DNA from: Vicugna vicugna
Lineage: Eukaryota
DNA length: 64,000 nt
Reading direction: 5' to 3'
Assembly: GCA_013265495.1 (NCBI GenBank)
Contig: MU058037.1
Span: 312,001 to 376,000, forward strand
Part shown: one piece after another, positions 11,700-23,760 of the stretch
Layout: the number at the start of each line of letters is the position of its first letter
Numbering within the stretch: the stretch's first letter is position 1
Made by a program: the position numbers and the translations under genes
The notes under the pieces: model-generated
What the model was told of the DNA's origin: nothing
Databases searched by the model: none
What the model saw: only the letters and a program-made list of their open reading frames with translations

Positions 11700-13590
11700 G
11701 AAATCCAAATGTGCCTATATAACTGTATCACATTTTATGTAAATGGACTAATCTTTCCAGTTTAAAGAGTAAGACTGAATTTTAGAAAATCATCCAGGTA
11801 AATTATGTTATGAGAATCATATCTAACTCAAAACAAAATACAGATTCTTGAAAGTAAAATGGTGGAAAAGCATACACCATTCAAATACCAACCACAGGAA
11901 AACTGATTTGGCTCTCAGAATATTGGCCAAAATAGATTTTAAGATAAAAATTATTACTAGATATGAATAAATTCACTACATATTAATAGAAGGGTGAGCT
12001 CAACAGGAAAAATACAGCTTATTTTTACTTGTATGCTGCTAATAGCATAGCTTTAAATACATAAAGAAATATGTCAACAAATAATTCTTTTAATACTTCA
12101 TCAATTAAGCAAAAGAACAAATTATATTGCAGACTGAAGAATATATATTGCTTTCTTAGTAAATATATTTGAATTGAACTCATATTAGACTATTAAAAAT
12201 GTATCACCAAATGTTAAATGAATCGATGTCTCATTGACCACACTGTCCTATCACATTAACTTGCAAAACAACTATACTTTTGTATTTAATAGTACCTTTA
12301 AATTGTTTGAGTATCAAAGAAACCATAATAGATATAAAATAAAAACAAAAACATAATTATAATGCTATATATCAAAATTTGTGTCATGTAACTAAAGTAA
12401 TAGAGGGACATTTATAACCTTAAATATGTGTAGTAGATGAGAAAAAATGAAATGGTTTAAGCCTCTAACTTAAGATGTTAGTAAAGAAATAAGACTAAGC
12501 TCAAAGAATGCAGGAAGAAAATAAATACAAAAAGTAGAATTAAATAGGAAAAAAATATATAGTAGCCAAAAGCCCTATATTGTATTTTTGAAAAGAGTAA
12601 CATTTACAAGCCTCTGACAAGACTGATGAAGAAAGAGAGATAGGACACAAATAAGCAATAAATTGAATACTGTAAATAACTATAAATGCCAGGAAGTTTG
12701 ACAACATATGTGAAATAGACAAATTGCTAAAAAAAATTTCCAAAACTGAGTCAGAAACACATCAGTGGTCCTATAACCATTAAAAAAATGTTGAATAATT
12801 AAATGTAAAAATTCTTACCGCAAAGAAAACACAAAGCCCAGATGATCTACTAAATACTGTAGGACCTAATAAATCTAATCTTTCACAGATTTCCCCCAAA
12901 TTCTTCAACTCATTTTATGTAACAGGTATAACCTGACTATCCATACTAAATAAGGAATGTATAAGAAAGGAAAAATACAGGGCAACTTTACTCATGAATA
13001 TGGATGTGAAAACCGTAAATAAATTATTAGCAAATGAAACCAGCAATGTACAATATTCATAATATGTCATGACTAAGTTGGGTTATTTTAGGAATGCAAG
13101 GTTGTTTCAACATTGGAAGCATCTAATAATGTAATTCACCACATTAACACATAAAAGATGAAAAAAAATCACCTCAGTAGATGCAGAAAATAGACTTAAT
13201 AAAATTCGACAGTTCATGATAAAAAAAAACTCTTAACAAAATAGATCTCGAAGGGAATTTCCTAACTCAGTAAAGGCTGGTATGAAATAGCAAGAGCTTG
13301 CTTAGTCATGATGTGTTGTCCAGACAAGACTGCCCTTTCTCATTCAGTATTGTAATGGGGGTCCTAGGCCATCCATTTGAGACATCTAAGGCAAAAGAAG
13401 ATACAAAGATTATAACTGAAGAAACACAATTACCATTCTCAGATGAAGCAATTTCCTACACAGAAAGAACAAACGAGAACATGCAGACACACTTTTGAAA
13501 TAAACAAGGATGTTTAGCAGGGAGACAACTGCATTTAGATGCACTGCAACAAACAGAAAATAAAATAATACGAAAGAAAAGATAGCAAGT
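11700..13590 (+). mobile_element. Ancient L1 ORF2 relic (endonuclease to RT), heavily decayed
   Basis: TGTAAATGGACTAAT (NVNGL) at ~11738; AGGAATGCAAGGTTGTTTCAACATTGG (GMQGWFNI-like); CTCAGTAGATGCAGAAAA (SxDAEK). Confidence 0.8.
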
Positions 13591-14379
13591 TTCAAGTTTT
13601 CACACTTAGTGAAGGAGCACAGGTACCTAGCTTTCTACCCCAAACTTAGACCTATACAAACTATAGAAAAGGAAGCCAGGCATGGATTAGTGACTAACAT
13701 AAAATCTGTGGGCATTCCCAGGGGAGTCTGAAGGCTGTTGGTTGAGTGGTGGTAGGCTGGAGCCAGGGTCAGCAGATGGAGTGGTGGAACGATACTTGGG
13801 GTAGAGGGACAGCTTTCAAGTTCACTTTTTGTCTCCCTCACATTGCCTGGAGAAGATTATTTGCTTGTTGTACCTCCCCTGAGACAAAAATCAGTAGTGA
13901 TTGTTCAGGTGTGACCTTTGTATGAAAGTATTATGGCAGAACCACAGCCCTGCTGGAGGATGAGGAACAGATGAATGTAATTGCGATTTTCAGCATCTCT
14001 TGGGGGAAAGCCACTCTTCTCCTGCCAACGCATAGGGCTATGCACTGGTTCTTCAGAGTGTTTATAGGAGACTCATTGAGCCCGGTGGAGAGGCAGCAAC
14101 GGTGGTACAGACAGAGGAAGAGTGGGTAGATGGCAGTGAATTAACTTGCCTCTCCCTTGGAATCTTTCCTTATGGAATTACTTTTGGATACGTGTTGGAC
14201 CTTTGAATTACACTCTCCCAGTCTTTTAACCTCTATAGAATATTGTCTATTTCTCTCTCTCTCTGTATGTATATACATATGTATGTATATCTGTATCTAT
14301 ATATTGCTCTGTGGCTTATTTTTCTATATTCTCTCTTTATCCTTTTTTTAAAAAAATGCTGTCTACCCTTCCTTTGATT

Positions 14380-15110
14380 ACTTTCAGTAACTATTTTTTA
14401 ATTTTTATTTCTGGAAGTTCTAATTAGTTCTTTTCCAAATGTGCCTTTTTGTCATAATATCTATTTTCTATGGCTTTAAAAATTTGTGGATTGATCATTT
14501 TAAATATATATATACTTTAAATTTTCTCTCTCATTGCTAATCTGTTATCTCAAGTTACTGGGTTTTACTTTCTCTGTTGTGTGTTACTGCTAATTCTCAC
14601 TAATGGTGATTGTTTCCAATTTTTGTAACTTTGGATTGTAAATTCATATTTAGTGGGATTTTGTCTTTTTTTTCCCCCTCCTTCTGTAAGAATTCTGTGA
14701 TGCCTTACAGAATGGATGATGGAAACATTCCTCCAAAGTAGTTTTGCCTTTGTTTTTGCCAGAAGTCCTGGTATATCACAATCGTAGGACCAATGTTTAT
14801 TGTTAATTTCTTAATTTGAGGGTTTCTAGCTAGTGCAGGTTGTAAAAATTAGTACTTAAACCTTCATGAGATGCAGAGCTCAGGCAGAGGGAGCTTCCTC
14901 TTTAACCTTCTTTACTGGTATGCAGACTTTTTCTTGTAGATCCTTTCACTGGGAGTGTAGTCCTTCCATGTTCCTGGATTTCTGTGAGTCTTAGTTCCAT
15001 GTTGATTTTCATAGAGGTTAGGGTCTTACCTCCTTTTCTCTACATGGACGTTAAAATCCAGTCTCCTTCATTACTGGGGCTAACAATCACCACTACTTCC
15101 ATTTGCTTCC
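14380..15110 (-). mobile_element. HAL1/L1ME 5'-region relic
   Basis: T-rich TTTTTATTTCTGGAAGTTCTAATTAGTTCTTTTCCAAAT pattern, typical of antisense HAL1/L1 ORF1. Confidence 0.45.
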
Positions 15111-18094
15111 ATTTTAGATACACAAAAAATATTTTTCAGATGATGAATGAATTATGGTTGATACAGAGCAGCATAGAAAGCAAGGCCAAGATATTATGGG
15201 GAAAAATTTATTTCTTGGGTCTCTCAATCATATGTCATAGTTTCTCATTCAGTAAACATGGATTATCCCTGAAGTGTATTTTTTATTCTGGGAACAGGGT
15301 GTCTTGGGACAATATCTTTAATCATATATCCAGAGTCTGAGTACCACACAGATATGCTAAATATAATACTCATTATGATCATAGTTCACTAAGCAGAAAA
15401 ATGGTTTATTTTCTTGATAAATCCAAGTGTTCTAAAGCTCTTGTCTAAAAGGTAAAATGGTTTGAGTGATGAGAAAATTACATAGTTGAATTATTCCAAG
15501 GTAATTCAAATACAGTAAGAAAAAGAATTGTGTGTGTGGGTGTGACTGTGTGTATCTAGGTAAGGCAGCCCAACTTTGACACACTACTCTGTATGAGTAT
15601 ATTAGAATTTTGATTGCTCAACTGATTTAAAAAAACATACAGTTACAAAATTTCAATAATACAGATGGAAATTTTATTTGGGTTCTTTTTTATTTTTCAG
15701 ATAAAATCTATGCCTCTAATAGTATTACTGCTACTAAAAACACATCCTATGGCATTTAATTCTTATTAAATATTGTATCTATGTTTTTAAAAATGTTTCT
15801 CTAGTCCAACATTGTATATTGTTTTAGAACTAAATTATCTATACTGCATTTTAATGGTCAAAACATGGGATGACACTCCATTTCACCAGTTCTTTTCTTT
15901 CCTGTTATGTTTTTTACCTTTTATCTTTTTTGAATCTACATATTTACACTATTATTATGTCTGTAAACACAATTTTAAGTTATCTAAAGCTAGAACATGG
16001 AGCATTAAACATTATATTGCAATTATCCCAAGTTTAGGACTACATGTGGAAAAAAGAAGTTAATATCCAATTAAAATGGCATTTATTTTTTTGTAATATA
16101 CTTTATTAAATCATTTTGAAAATTTTAAAATTTGACTTTATTATAAATAACCCTTAGGTAAAACACACAGGCATATCACAGTCTTCATTATTTATGAGGT
16201 ATTTATGTGTCTAGGAAAGCAACCATGCTAAAATAATATAGTTTGAGTCTGTGGTGAGTTCTAGATTAAATGATGCCTGGATTGCTGCCAATATGTAGAT
16301 TTTTATCAAATTTATATCCTCATTTATATTTATCTCTCAAATGACTATATATTAGATCAGTAAGCAGCCTTTGTATGGCTACAGTTGTGATTCTGAATAA
16401 TTTCAGAAAGCTGTCCTGAATCGGTTGGGAACAATGCTGTAGAAAGAATATCATGATATAACAAACATGGACATCGATATGTGTGTTCCATTAGCGTGTT
16501 TAGAAGTGACAGGGTTCTAGAAACCAGAAAGAATATATAAAACGATTCCTGTTTTTTTACGTATGTGAGTGTTGGATGGGGAAAGGGGACTGAGAGTATC
16601 CTCACCAGCTAGGAATCACTTATTTAGTGGGCCAGGGGTATGATGACTTGAAGACTGTGTGTTTGCAACCTCTGAATCAGAATGGTTTGTTGATGTAGTT
16701 ATTTTAGCGCTTGCCGTTTATTCATGGGCTTTGTGGACTTTGCTTATAGATCTTTGAGATAAGTGAGATGAGATCCCTAAATGATACCATCAGTCTAATG
16801 GCAGCTATTTACTTTGATCCTAAATGGGAAATAACTTGTGGCAGGGTGGAGTAGTCCAACTGAGAATTTTTAGTAAATCAGTGTAGACTTTGCTTTCCAA
16901 ATTAGGCCAACACATTTTATTCTACCATTAAAAAAAATCATAAAAAATGATTGCCTTAATAATAGCTAGGGTTTACTCCTCTGTGAACCAAGGGTTTTAT
17001 GTTGGATGCTCGTTGGTTGGTTGGTTGTTGGATAAAAGAGCAGTGTGAGTATTTTTCACTGTTTGCAATATTGTGAATGTAAAAGCAAACACAAGTGAGC
17101 AATCACTCTCATGGTTGTAATTTATGCCCTAGTAAAGAACAATTATAACCCAAGAACTAGCAACCAATTAGCAATTCTTTATTAGGGCACTGTGTCCATT
17201 TCTTCTTTTACTAAATCAAGCCATTGATGCCCAAGAGAAAAGAATGAAGTATTTAAGTCTTACCTTTCAGGGACGAGGTCCAGAATTATTTAGCTTTTCA
17301 AGTACTGATGCCTATAAACAGGATTTATTTATCCCTATTTAGGTCATTGACCTATGATAGTTTGAAAGTTCCATACATGCTAGTATTTGTAACTTACAGA
17401 CTGTCCCTCATCCCATATCTGTCATTTTTGAAAGCAGAGTTGAAATTTTTAATAAAAATTAACTAGACAAATTAGAAAATAAATGAAGATAAAAGTCAGA
17501 AAAATTCAAGGTAATTGTAAAGAATAAGAACTAGAGGTCACTGTGATTCTTGTTTATAATGGGCTGCCTTTAGGATAACGTAGTTTTTGTAAAATTTTAT
17601 ACAAAGTAGAGTTTTCCCTCATTAAAATACACTGTACTTTAAAAGAGAAATCAAATTCAATACATTTCAAAAAAATTAAATGCTAGCTCATTTTCTTTTA
17701 AAATTTCAAACTTTTTAACTTAAAAAACATTTTGCTTAAAGGAAACTTTATCTTTGCTGTAGCTGTTTCAGAACAGCTTCATGGAGGTATGAAACATAAA
17801 TTTGAGCTGTAATAAACATATGGCATTTAGCAGACAATTGGCTTTTCAACCTTAACCATAGCAGTGTCTTCCATAGATGGCATTATATTTTATTAACATA
17901 ATTTAAATAGAGGTGTTCTGGGTTATATCATTTAAACAGATTAAATTTCCCACCTAATCTGCATGTAACTAAATGCACATTTACCTACATAATAGCTCTT
18001 GGTCAGTTTTTATGGTGGTCCTTCAGCCAGAAAATAGGGCAGCAGCTCTTCATGTGTACTTGTAGAGGAATACACATATAAATGCTACTTCACA

Positions 18095-18240
18095 AACCAT
18101 CGGGCTAGTGTCGAGACTCCTGGCTCACTCTGCAGTGTGAGGCTCTTCAGACCAGCTCTCAGGAAGCCCTGCTGATTGGTTGACGTTCTCCCAGAAACCT
18201 GCACCAGCCCTCCCTCCCTCCGATCAGCTGCTTCAGATTA
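18095..18240. promoter_or_regulatory. Candidate CpG-poor promoter/enhancer
   Basis: A local GC/CpG rise within ~4 kb of repeat-poor DNA. NF-Y box CTGATTGGTT (18172-18181) abuts a CRE half-site TGACGT (18181-18186). ETS-like CAGGAAG at ~18160 and a CCCTCCCTCCC tract. Confidence 0.35.
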
Positions 18241-18999
18241 CAAGGAATTGATAGTTTTATTTTCAGAAAGGTGTTTGAACTGAAAAAATTGCAATCAGAA
18301 CTGTTCCCCCACAATGAGCAAAAGCAGAATTTTAAGAGTGTGCATAGTCATCCAAATTGAGGACTACATCCTGTAACCTTTTTCAACCGGACTAAATTAA
18401 ATATGTAACATCCCCAGGAGCAATTTTTAAGAAGAGCACTTGGCTTTACCTTGACTACTGAATCATTAAAACACAAGTGGAAACATTCCATATTACTTTG
18501 ATCCAACCCTTTGGCAGTAAGTGGCCACCTCCTTGCAATTTATATTGAAGTCTTTTTCTCAAAAATAATTTACTCCCACCTGGTCTGCCTTTAGGCATTT
18601 TCCCATGTGTTCAAAAACACTGACATGTGTCCCTGAATTTATATAAGATCCATATTTTTTTCTCTTGAGTCTGCTTCTAATTTCTTAATCTCTTATCTGC
18701 AAACTATCTAAGTGCTAATGACTTGAAAACTCAAGTTCTGTGGATTTAAAGAGGAGAATATAAGCTGTTTGCCCTTTAATTAATGAACTTTTAAGTATCC
18801 CTCCTTTGTTACTTAAATGAGCAAAGAATAAAAATGGCACAGTTTTCATTAGTCCTGGCTTAGAGGAAAACTAGTTGCTGATAGTCTTTCCTTTGTAGAA
18901 ATCTTGCTTGTTGCTTAGAGACCAGTATAAAATTCTGTATTACATAAATATTTCTAAACATACACTCCTCAAAATGAATGAAGTATTCACATAAAAACT

Positions 19000-19095
19000 A
19001 GACTAGTAGATCAATGTAACGTTATGAATGTAGTACATCTGAATTTCAGCAGGGCCTTTGATAAAGCCTCTGATGATAGCCACTTTATTTAGATG
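19000..19095 (+). mobile_element. L3/CR1 RT fragment
   Basis: Translates NVVHLNFSRAFDKASDD, compared with CR1 'VDVIYLDFSKAFDTVSHD'. Confidence 0.65.
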
Positions 19096-19411
19096 GTGTG
19101 AATTATGGCCTATCACCAAAGACAGCAAAAATGTATTGGACCTCTTGGTGTCTTTGAACCATCTCCTGTTCCTTGTCTAGGTTGAGAGTTTGATCCTCTA
19201 AAAGTCTCTTGTCTCCTCCCCCAACTCCTCCTTGTTCTTCTTTTTGCTAGATTCTCATTGTCCTAAGTTATTACAAACAAAAAATTAAAAGGGGTATTGC
19301 AAATAAAAATGAGCGTTACTGAACTGTTGGACAGCTTAGGAGAAGATATGAAGACTGAAGCAGAGAGGAAAAAGATGAAATGTAAAGTTAAGAATGTAAG
19401 AGGCTTATAGG

Positions 19412-19901
19412 TGTGAAAGAAAAATACTGCAAACCATGTCAGTAAACAAAGAATGCTGAAGCCATCAAGTCATCAGCCGCTGCCGCCACCCCCCAGTGAG
19501 CTCTGGGTGCAGACAAGCCTGCAGCCCAGCCCCAGCAGCCTGAGGGGACTCAGAATAAGAAAGGAAAGGATACTGGCCCTAGATAGCTAAGTGCTTGTCA
19601 GAGGAATGAATTCAATGAGCCCAAATGTTTGCTTCCTCCCGTACAAAGAAAAGCGCTAAATTCTTTAACTTGAGATCTCTGATTTTCTCCAGTTAACAAG
19701 TCATCTTTTAATGTTCCGACTACTGGTCTTTGTTGTAAAGCTCCTGTATATCCTAGCTCCTCCCCTACGTCTTCAGAGCAGTCCTTCAGAGCGATCTGAG
19801 AGGCTGTCATCCTGGGCTCCGAGGGGTTCAAGTCCTCAGAAGTGTCTGCCAAATAAAATATAAATGCACAGCCTAAACATTGAGAGTTATTTCAGTTGAC
19901 A
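19412..19901 (+). mobile_element. Intact ERV1-class solo LTR (MER41-like artiodactyl family), 490 bp
   Basis: TG...CA termini; 4-bp TSD TAGG at 19408-19411 and 19902-19905; AATAAA at ~19852; several CpGs retained. Confidence 0.85.
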
Positions 19902-20084
19902 TAGGACATGGTGAGAACTTCTAGCAAAGATATAATTGGAGTCAGAAAAGGTATTATATTTTAATATAATTTTATACAATTAAAATTTATTATTTTGATA
20001 TGCCATTTTTATTTTTCAATATTTTAAAATTTAATATGGTGGAAGAAGTGAGAAGAGAGATTGTCTTTTTAAAAAAATCATTAG

Positions 20085-20630
20085 TATTCCTAATGTCGTT
20101 TATTATATAATTAACCCTTCCTTCAAGATATTAAAATGCCATCTTTAATATGTGTAAAATATTATATACTCTGGTCTTTTTGAGCTTTCTATTCTGTTCC
20201 CTTGATCCATGTGTATAATCCAGGAATGGCTGGGTTTTAATTTATGTGGTTTTATAATTATAATAATTGATAGGACGAAGTCCGTTCCTGTTCTTCCCTA
20301 TCAAAAGATCCTTGTGAACGCTAAGCATGCATGCTACCACTGAGCTGTACCCTCTCCCTCATAATATTTTTTAACTGGTTATTACTGGTATATGGGAGAG
20401 ATTTTTTAAAATAACCTCTAACTTGACACCCTATTGAATCTCTTAATAATTTTAATTGTTTTCAGATGACTCTCTTGGAATGTATAGAAAGATAATCATA
20501 TCATTTGCAACTAATGACTGTCATGTGTCTTTGCAATATTTAAATTCTTTGGTGCTTTTACTTATCACATGGCATTTTCTAGAGCTTCTGAGATAATATT
20601 GAATAAAAGTGATAATTCTTAGCCCTATAT
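20085..20630 (-). mobile_element. Old L1 ORF2 fragments
   Basis: CTTTCTATTCTGTTCCCTTGATC; ATAATCATATCATTTGCAA (antisense FAxD region); ATAATATTGAATAAAAGTGAT. Confidence 0.65.
20307..20360 (-). mobile_element. 5' head of a tRNA-derived camelid SINE (Vic-1 type), truncated before the B box
   Basis: The minus strand reads GGGAGAGGGTACAGCTCAGTGGTAGCATGCATGCTTAGCGTTCACAAGG. The recalled consensus head is GGGGAGGGTATAGCTCAGTGGTAGAGCGCATGCTTAGCATGCACGAGG. Confidence 0.75.
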
Positions 20631-20639
20631 TCTTCATAA

Positions 20640-21870
20640 ATTCTTTCGTTCACTTATTCAAAAGATTCGTTAAATGCCTACTATATCCTTGTCTATAAGG
20701 TTAATGCGTTTCCAATAAAAATTCCAACAATATTTTTCATATTGACCAATGACTTCAAAGGTCGTTTCAAAGAATAAATGCACAAGGCCATGAGGGAGCT
20801 TGACTGATTAAAACACACAAAATCTTTGCTTTTGTGCATACGTTATCGTAGAAGGAACTTAAATTCTAGCAGAGGGAGACAGTCAACAAATAAGTAAACA
20901 GTAAATACAGATTTACGTATTATGGTTATGAAGAAAATATAATTGAGTAATGCAATAGAGAGAGACTATGGGCTGGGGGGAGGTGCTGTTTTATAATTGG
21001 AAAAGACCTTTCAGAGGAGGTAACATTTGAGATGAGATTTGTTAGAGGAAAAGGCAATCATATGAAAATCTGGTGGAAGAGTGTCGCTGGAACGAGAGCA
21101 GTAAGTGCAGGGACTCCGAGATAGAAGCAGCATGTCAAGTTGAAGGGTCAGGAAGCTTAGTGTGGCTGGATGTGGTTGGTGGGTGTGAAAAAGGTAGATT
21201 TTGGGGAGCGCGAGTTGAGGTACAGGTGCTCAGTGCCCTTCTCACTGGAGAATTTTAAACCACTGAAAGATACAAATTGGGTTTTAAGAATACTCTGGCT
21301 GCTGTGTGGACAAACAGTAGAGTATCAAGAGTGGAAATGGGGAGACTACCCAGGCTATAAGCACTGCTAATACGAAAGATGGTCAGACTCAGCATACATT
21401 TTAGTATTAATGCCAATGAAATGTGCTGATATGATAGATGGCTGGTTATAGTGAATAGGTGGTAAGTTAAAGTGCACATATGGAAAGTGCATAGATCTCT
21501 GGCCTAAGTAACTGGTTTTTACAGTGGACCACTTGCTGAGAAGGGGGAGGCTTGAGGAAGAGTGGATATTAAGGGCAAAGGCCCATAGTTCTGTTCTAGA
21601 AGTGTTAAGTAGCAAAATGAAACGGTTGAATCATCATGAGAAGGTTATGAATTACCAGCATACGGAAGATCTTTAAAGCCAGGGAACTGGATGTCGTCAC
21701 CTAGGAAGTGTATATAAAGAGCACGAAGAAGTGTTCAAAACAATATTTAGAATTGGAACGATAAGGAGAAGCTAGTGAGACAGAAGAACTAGGAGTGTCA
21801 GGCACTGTGTTAGGCACTAAGGATACAGTGGTAGACAAAGCCCCCCACGGCCCTGTCTCAGAGTGCTTAC
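20640..21870 (-). mobile_element. L2 (fragmented, with a short + strand L1 piece at ~20690-20790)
   Basis: AATTCTAGCAGAGGGAGACAG...TTTCAGAGGAGGTAACATTTGAG...TACTCTGGCTGCTGTGTGG...GGAACTGGATGTCGTCACCTAGG. Confidence 0.8.
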
Positions 21871-21899
21871 TGACTAATCTAGTCTATTTCATTTGTACT

Positions 21900-23285
21900 G
21901 ATGATGGTAGTGCCGCTCATATTTTACCATTAAACATAATGATGTTGGTGGCTGTTGGTTTTGATATATTTTTGATATTAAGCAAGAACCCTCCAATTTT
22001 TAATATACAAGGAGATTTTATTTTAAAATCATGAATGCTTGTTGAATTTTATCAGATGCCCTGTCAACTTCTATCAGGCTGATCATACATTTAAAGATCA
22101 AAAATTTAAACCAATTTGCATTTCTGAAGTAAACCAATTTTGGTCGTGGTGAATTACTTTAAAGTCTTCTGGTGGATTGACTTTGCTGTTAGTTTATTTT
22201 AGGTTTTTGCTTCCATGCTTGTATGTGTTTTGGCCTCAGTTTATGCTACTATACGTTTTAAAGTTTGGTATTATGGTTTTGCTAACTTCATGAAATAAAT
22301 TGGGTGACTTTATTATGTTTAGAATCCTCCCATTTTATCATAGGACATCTGGATCCTAAACTTTTTTCTTCTATCAGTATTGTTTTATTTAAAATTTTTA
22401 TTTTTTCTAGGTCAGTTTTGCCAGTTTGTAATTTTATTTGAAAAGGTATCCATTTCATGAAGATTTTCAAATTTATTAGAATAAATGAATTCATATAGTA
22501 TTTAAAATCTCCATTCTTGTGGTTAAATCTTGTTTTTGACTTCTCATGTTGCATATTTGCAGTTTATCTTTTCTTCATCAGATTTCTAGAATGCTGGCAA
22601 TTTTATCAGTGCTTTAAAAATACTAACTCTTGGTTTTAACATTTCTAGTCCTTATTGTTTTATTTTGCTTTCTAGTTTTTTCTAGAAACCTTCCTTCTTC
22701 TTTTAGTTTATTTTGCTGTGGTTTTTCTAAGTTCTTTAGTTGACTTCTTAAGTTCATTTATTTTCACATTTTTATATAGCCTTAAAAGTCTTTTAATTCT
22801 ATAGTTATCTGAGCAAGCTTTGCCTATATTTCATTTATTTCATATATAGACTTCTTAGTGTCATTAATTTGTAAACAGTTTACACATGAAATTTGGGTTT
22901 TGTTTTAATTACAGTTATTCCGAACAGAATATTTACATTTCGAAGTGGCTAGAATTCTTTATTTTTTGTTATTAATTTCCAGTTCTATAAAAGTTCTACA
23001 GTAGATTTTTTTTAAGGACCCATTTGATCTTTTTTGGTTAATATTCCATATATTTTGAAAAAAAGAATTTTTCTACCTTTATAGGATGTAAAATTTTTGA
23101 TACTGAAACTTTAAGCTAATCTCATTTGTAGTGTTTAAGGTCGCTGTTATTCTTTTTTTGTTTTTTGCTTTGCTTATTTGATTTACCGATTTCTTATGGA
23201 GATATAGTGAATTCTCCATCTTGACTGTGTTTTAAACGTTTTCCTCTTATTTCTAATTTTTTTACTTCATGTATCTTGAAATATT
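21900..23285 (-). mobile_element. Ancient L1 ORF2 relic
   Basis: ATCATGAATGCTTGTTGAATTTTATCAGATGC; TTTGCTAACTTCATGAAATAAATTGG; long T-rich antisense ORF2 character. Confidence 0.7.
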
Positions 23286-23319
23286 CAATGCTACTTTTCC
23301 ATTGGCTGAGTACAAATGG

Positions 23320-23760
23320 AAAGTTGTATTTAATTCTAGTTCCAGTTGTCACTTTTAAGGAAAATAAGATGGATCATAGCTTAAAAAAAGAAAAAGAGTG
23401 ATCAGAGTAGTCAAGGAACTCAAGTCATGTCACTTAGTCACTAGTAAAAGGAACTGGGGGCATTTCATTTGGATGTTAAATGGGCATAACTTTTTGATAA
23501 GCCATTTTATAGCGAGGTTAAGGCTGATGTGAATAACTTCAAACAGCAGAACTGGAAAATATTTGGAAAAATAATAAGGAAACTGATTTTGTCTCAGTAT
23601 TAAGGACAGTATTCTGGTAAAGTAGTTCCAAAATGGAACTGAAAGCTGCTGGAGGCGGTGACATTATACTGAGCTAGATCAGCAGAGGCTAAATGACTAC
23701 TTGCCAGGCTACTGTGAAAGGTTTCAAGTGTTGGCTCAGAGGTAGGATTAGAAGATAGTT
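23320..23760 (+). mobile_element. L3/CR1 3' end (probably the same element as 19000-19095)
   Basis: CACTTTTAAGG...AAGGAACTGGGGGCATTT...GTTCCAAAATGGAA...CAGAGGCTAAATGACTACTTG, the L3/MIR3 tail pattern. Confidence 0.55.

Noticed and set aside
17860..17885. CTCF-like GCAGTGTCTTCCATAGATGGCA
   Set aside because: The 5' half of the core motif matches poorly; not supportable without a PWM score or ChIP data.
19412..19901. Interferon-inducible (STAT1 GAS) MER41-type enhancer
   Set aside because: No TTCNNNGAA was found on reading the LTR.
20307..20360. Possible tRNA gene
   Set aside because: There is no B box/T-arm or acceptor 3' strand; it matches a SINE head.
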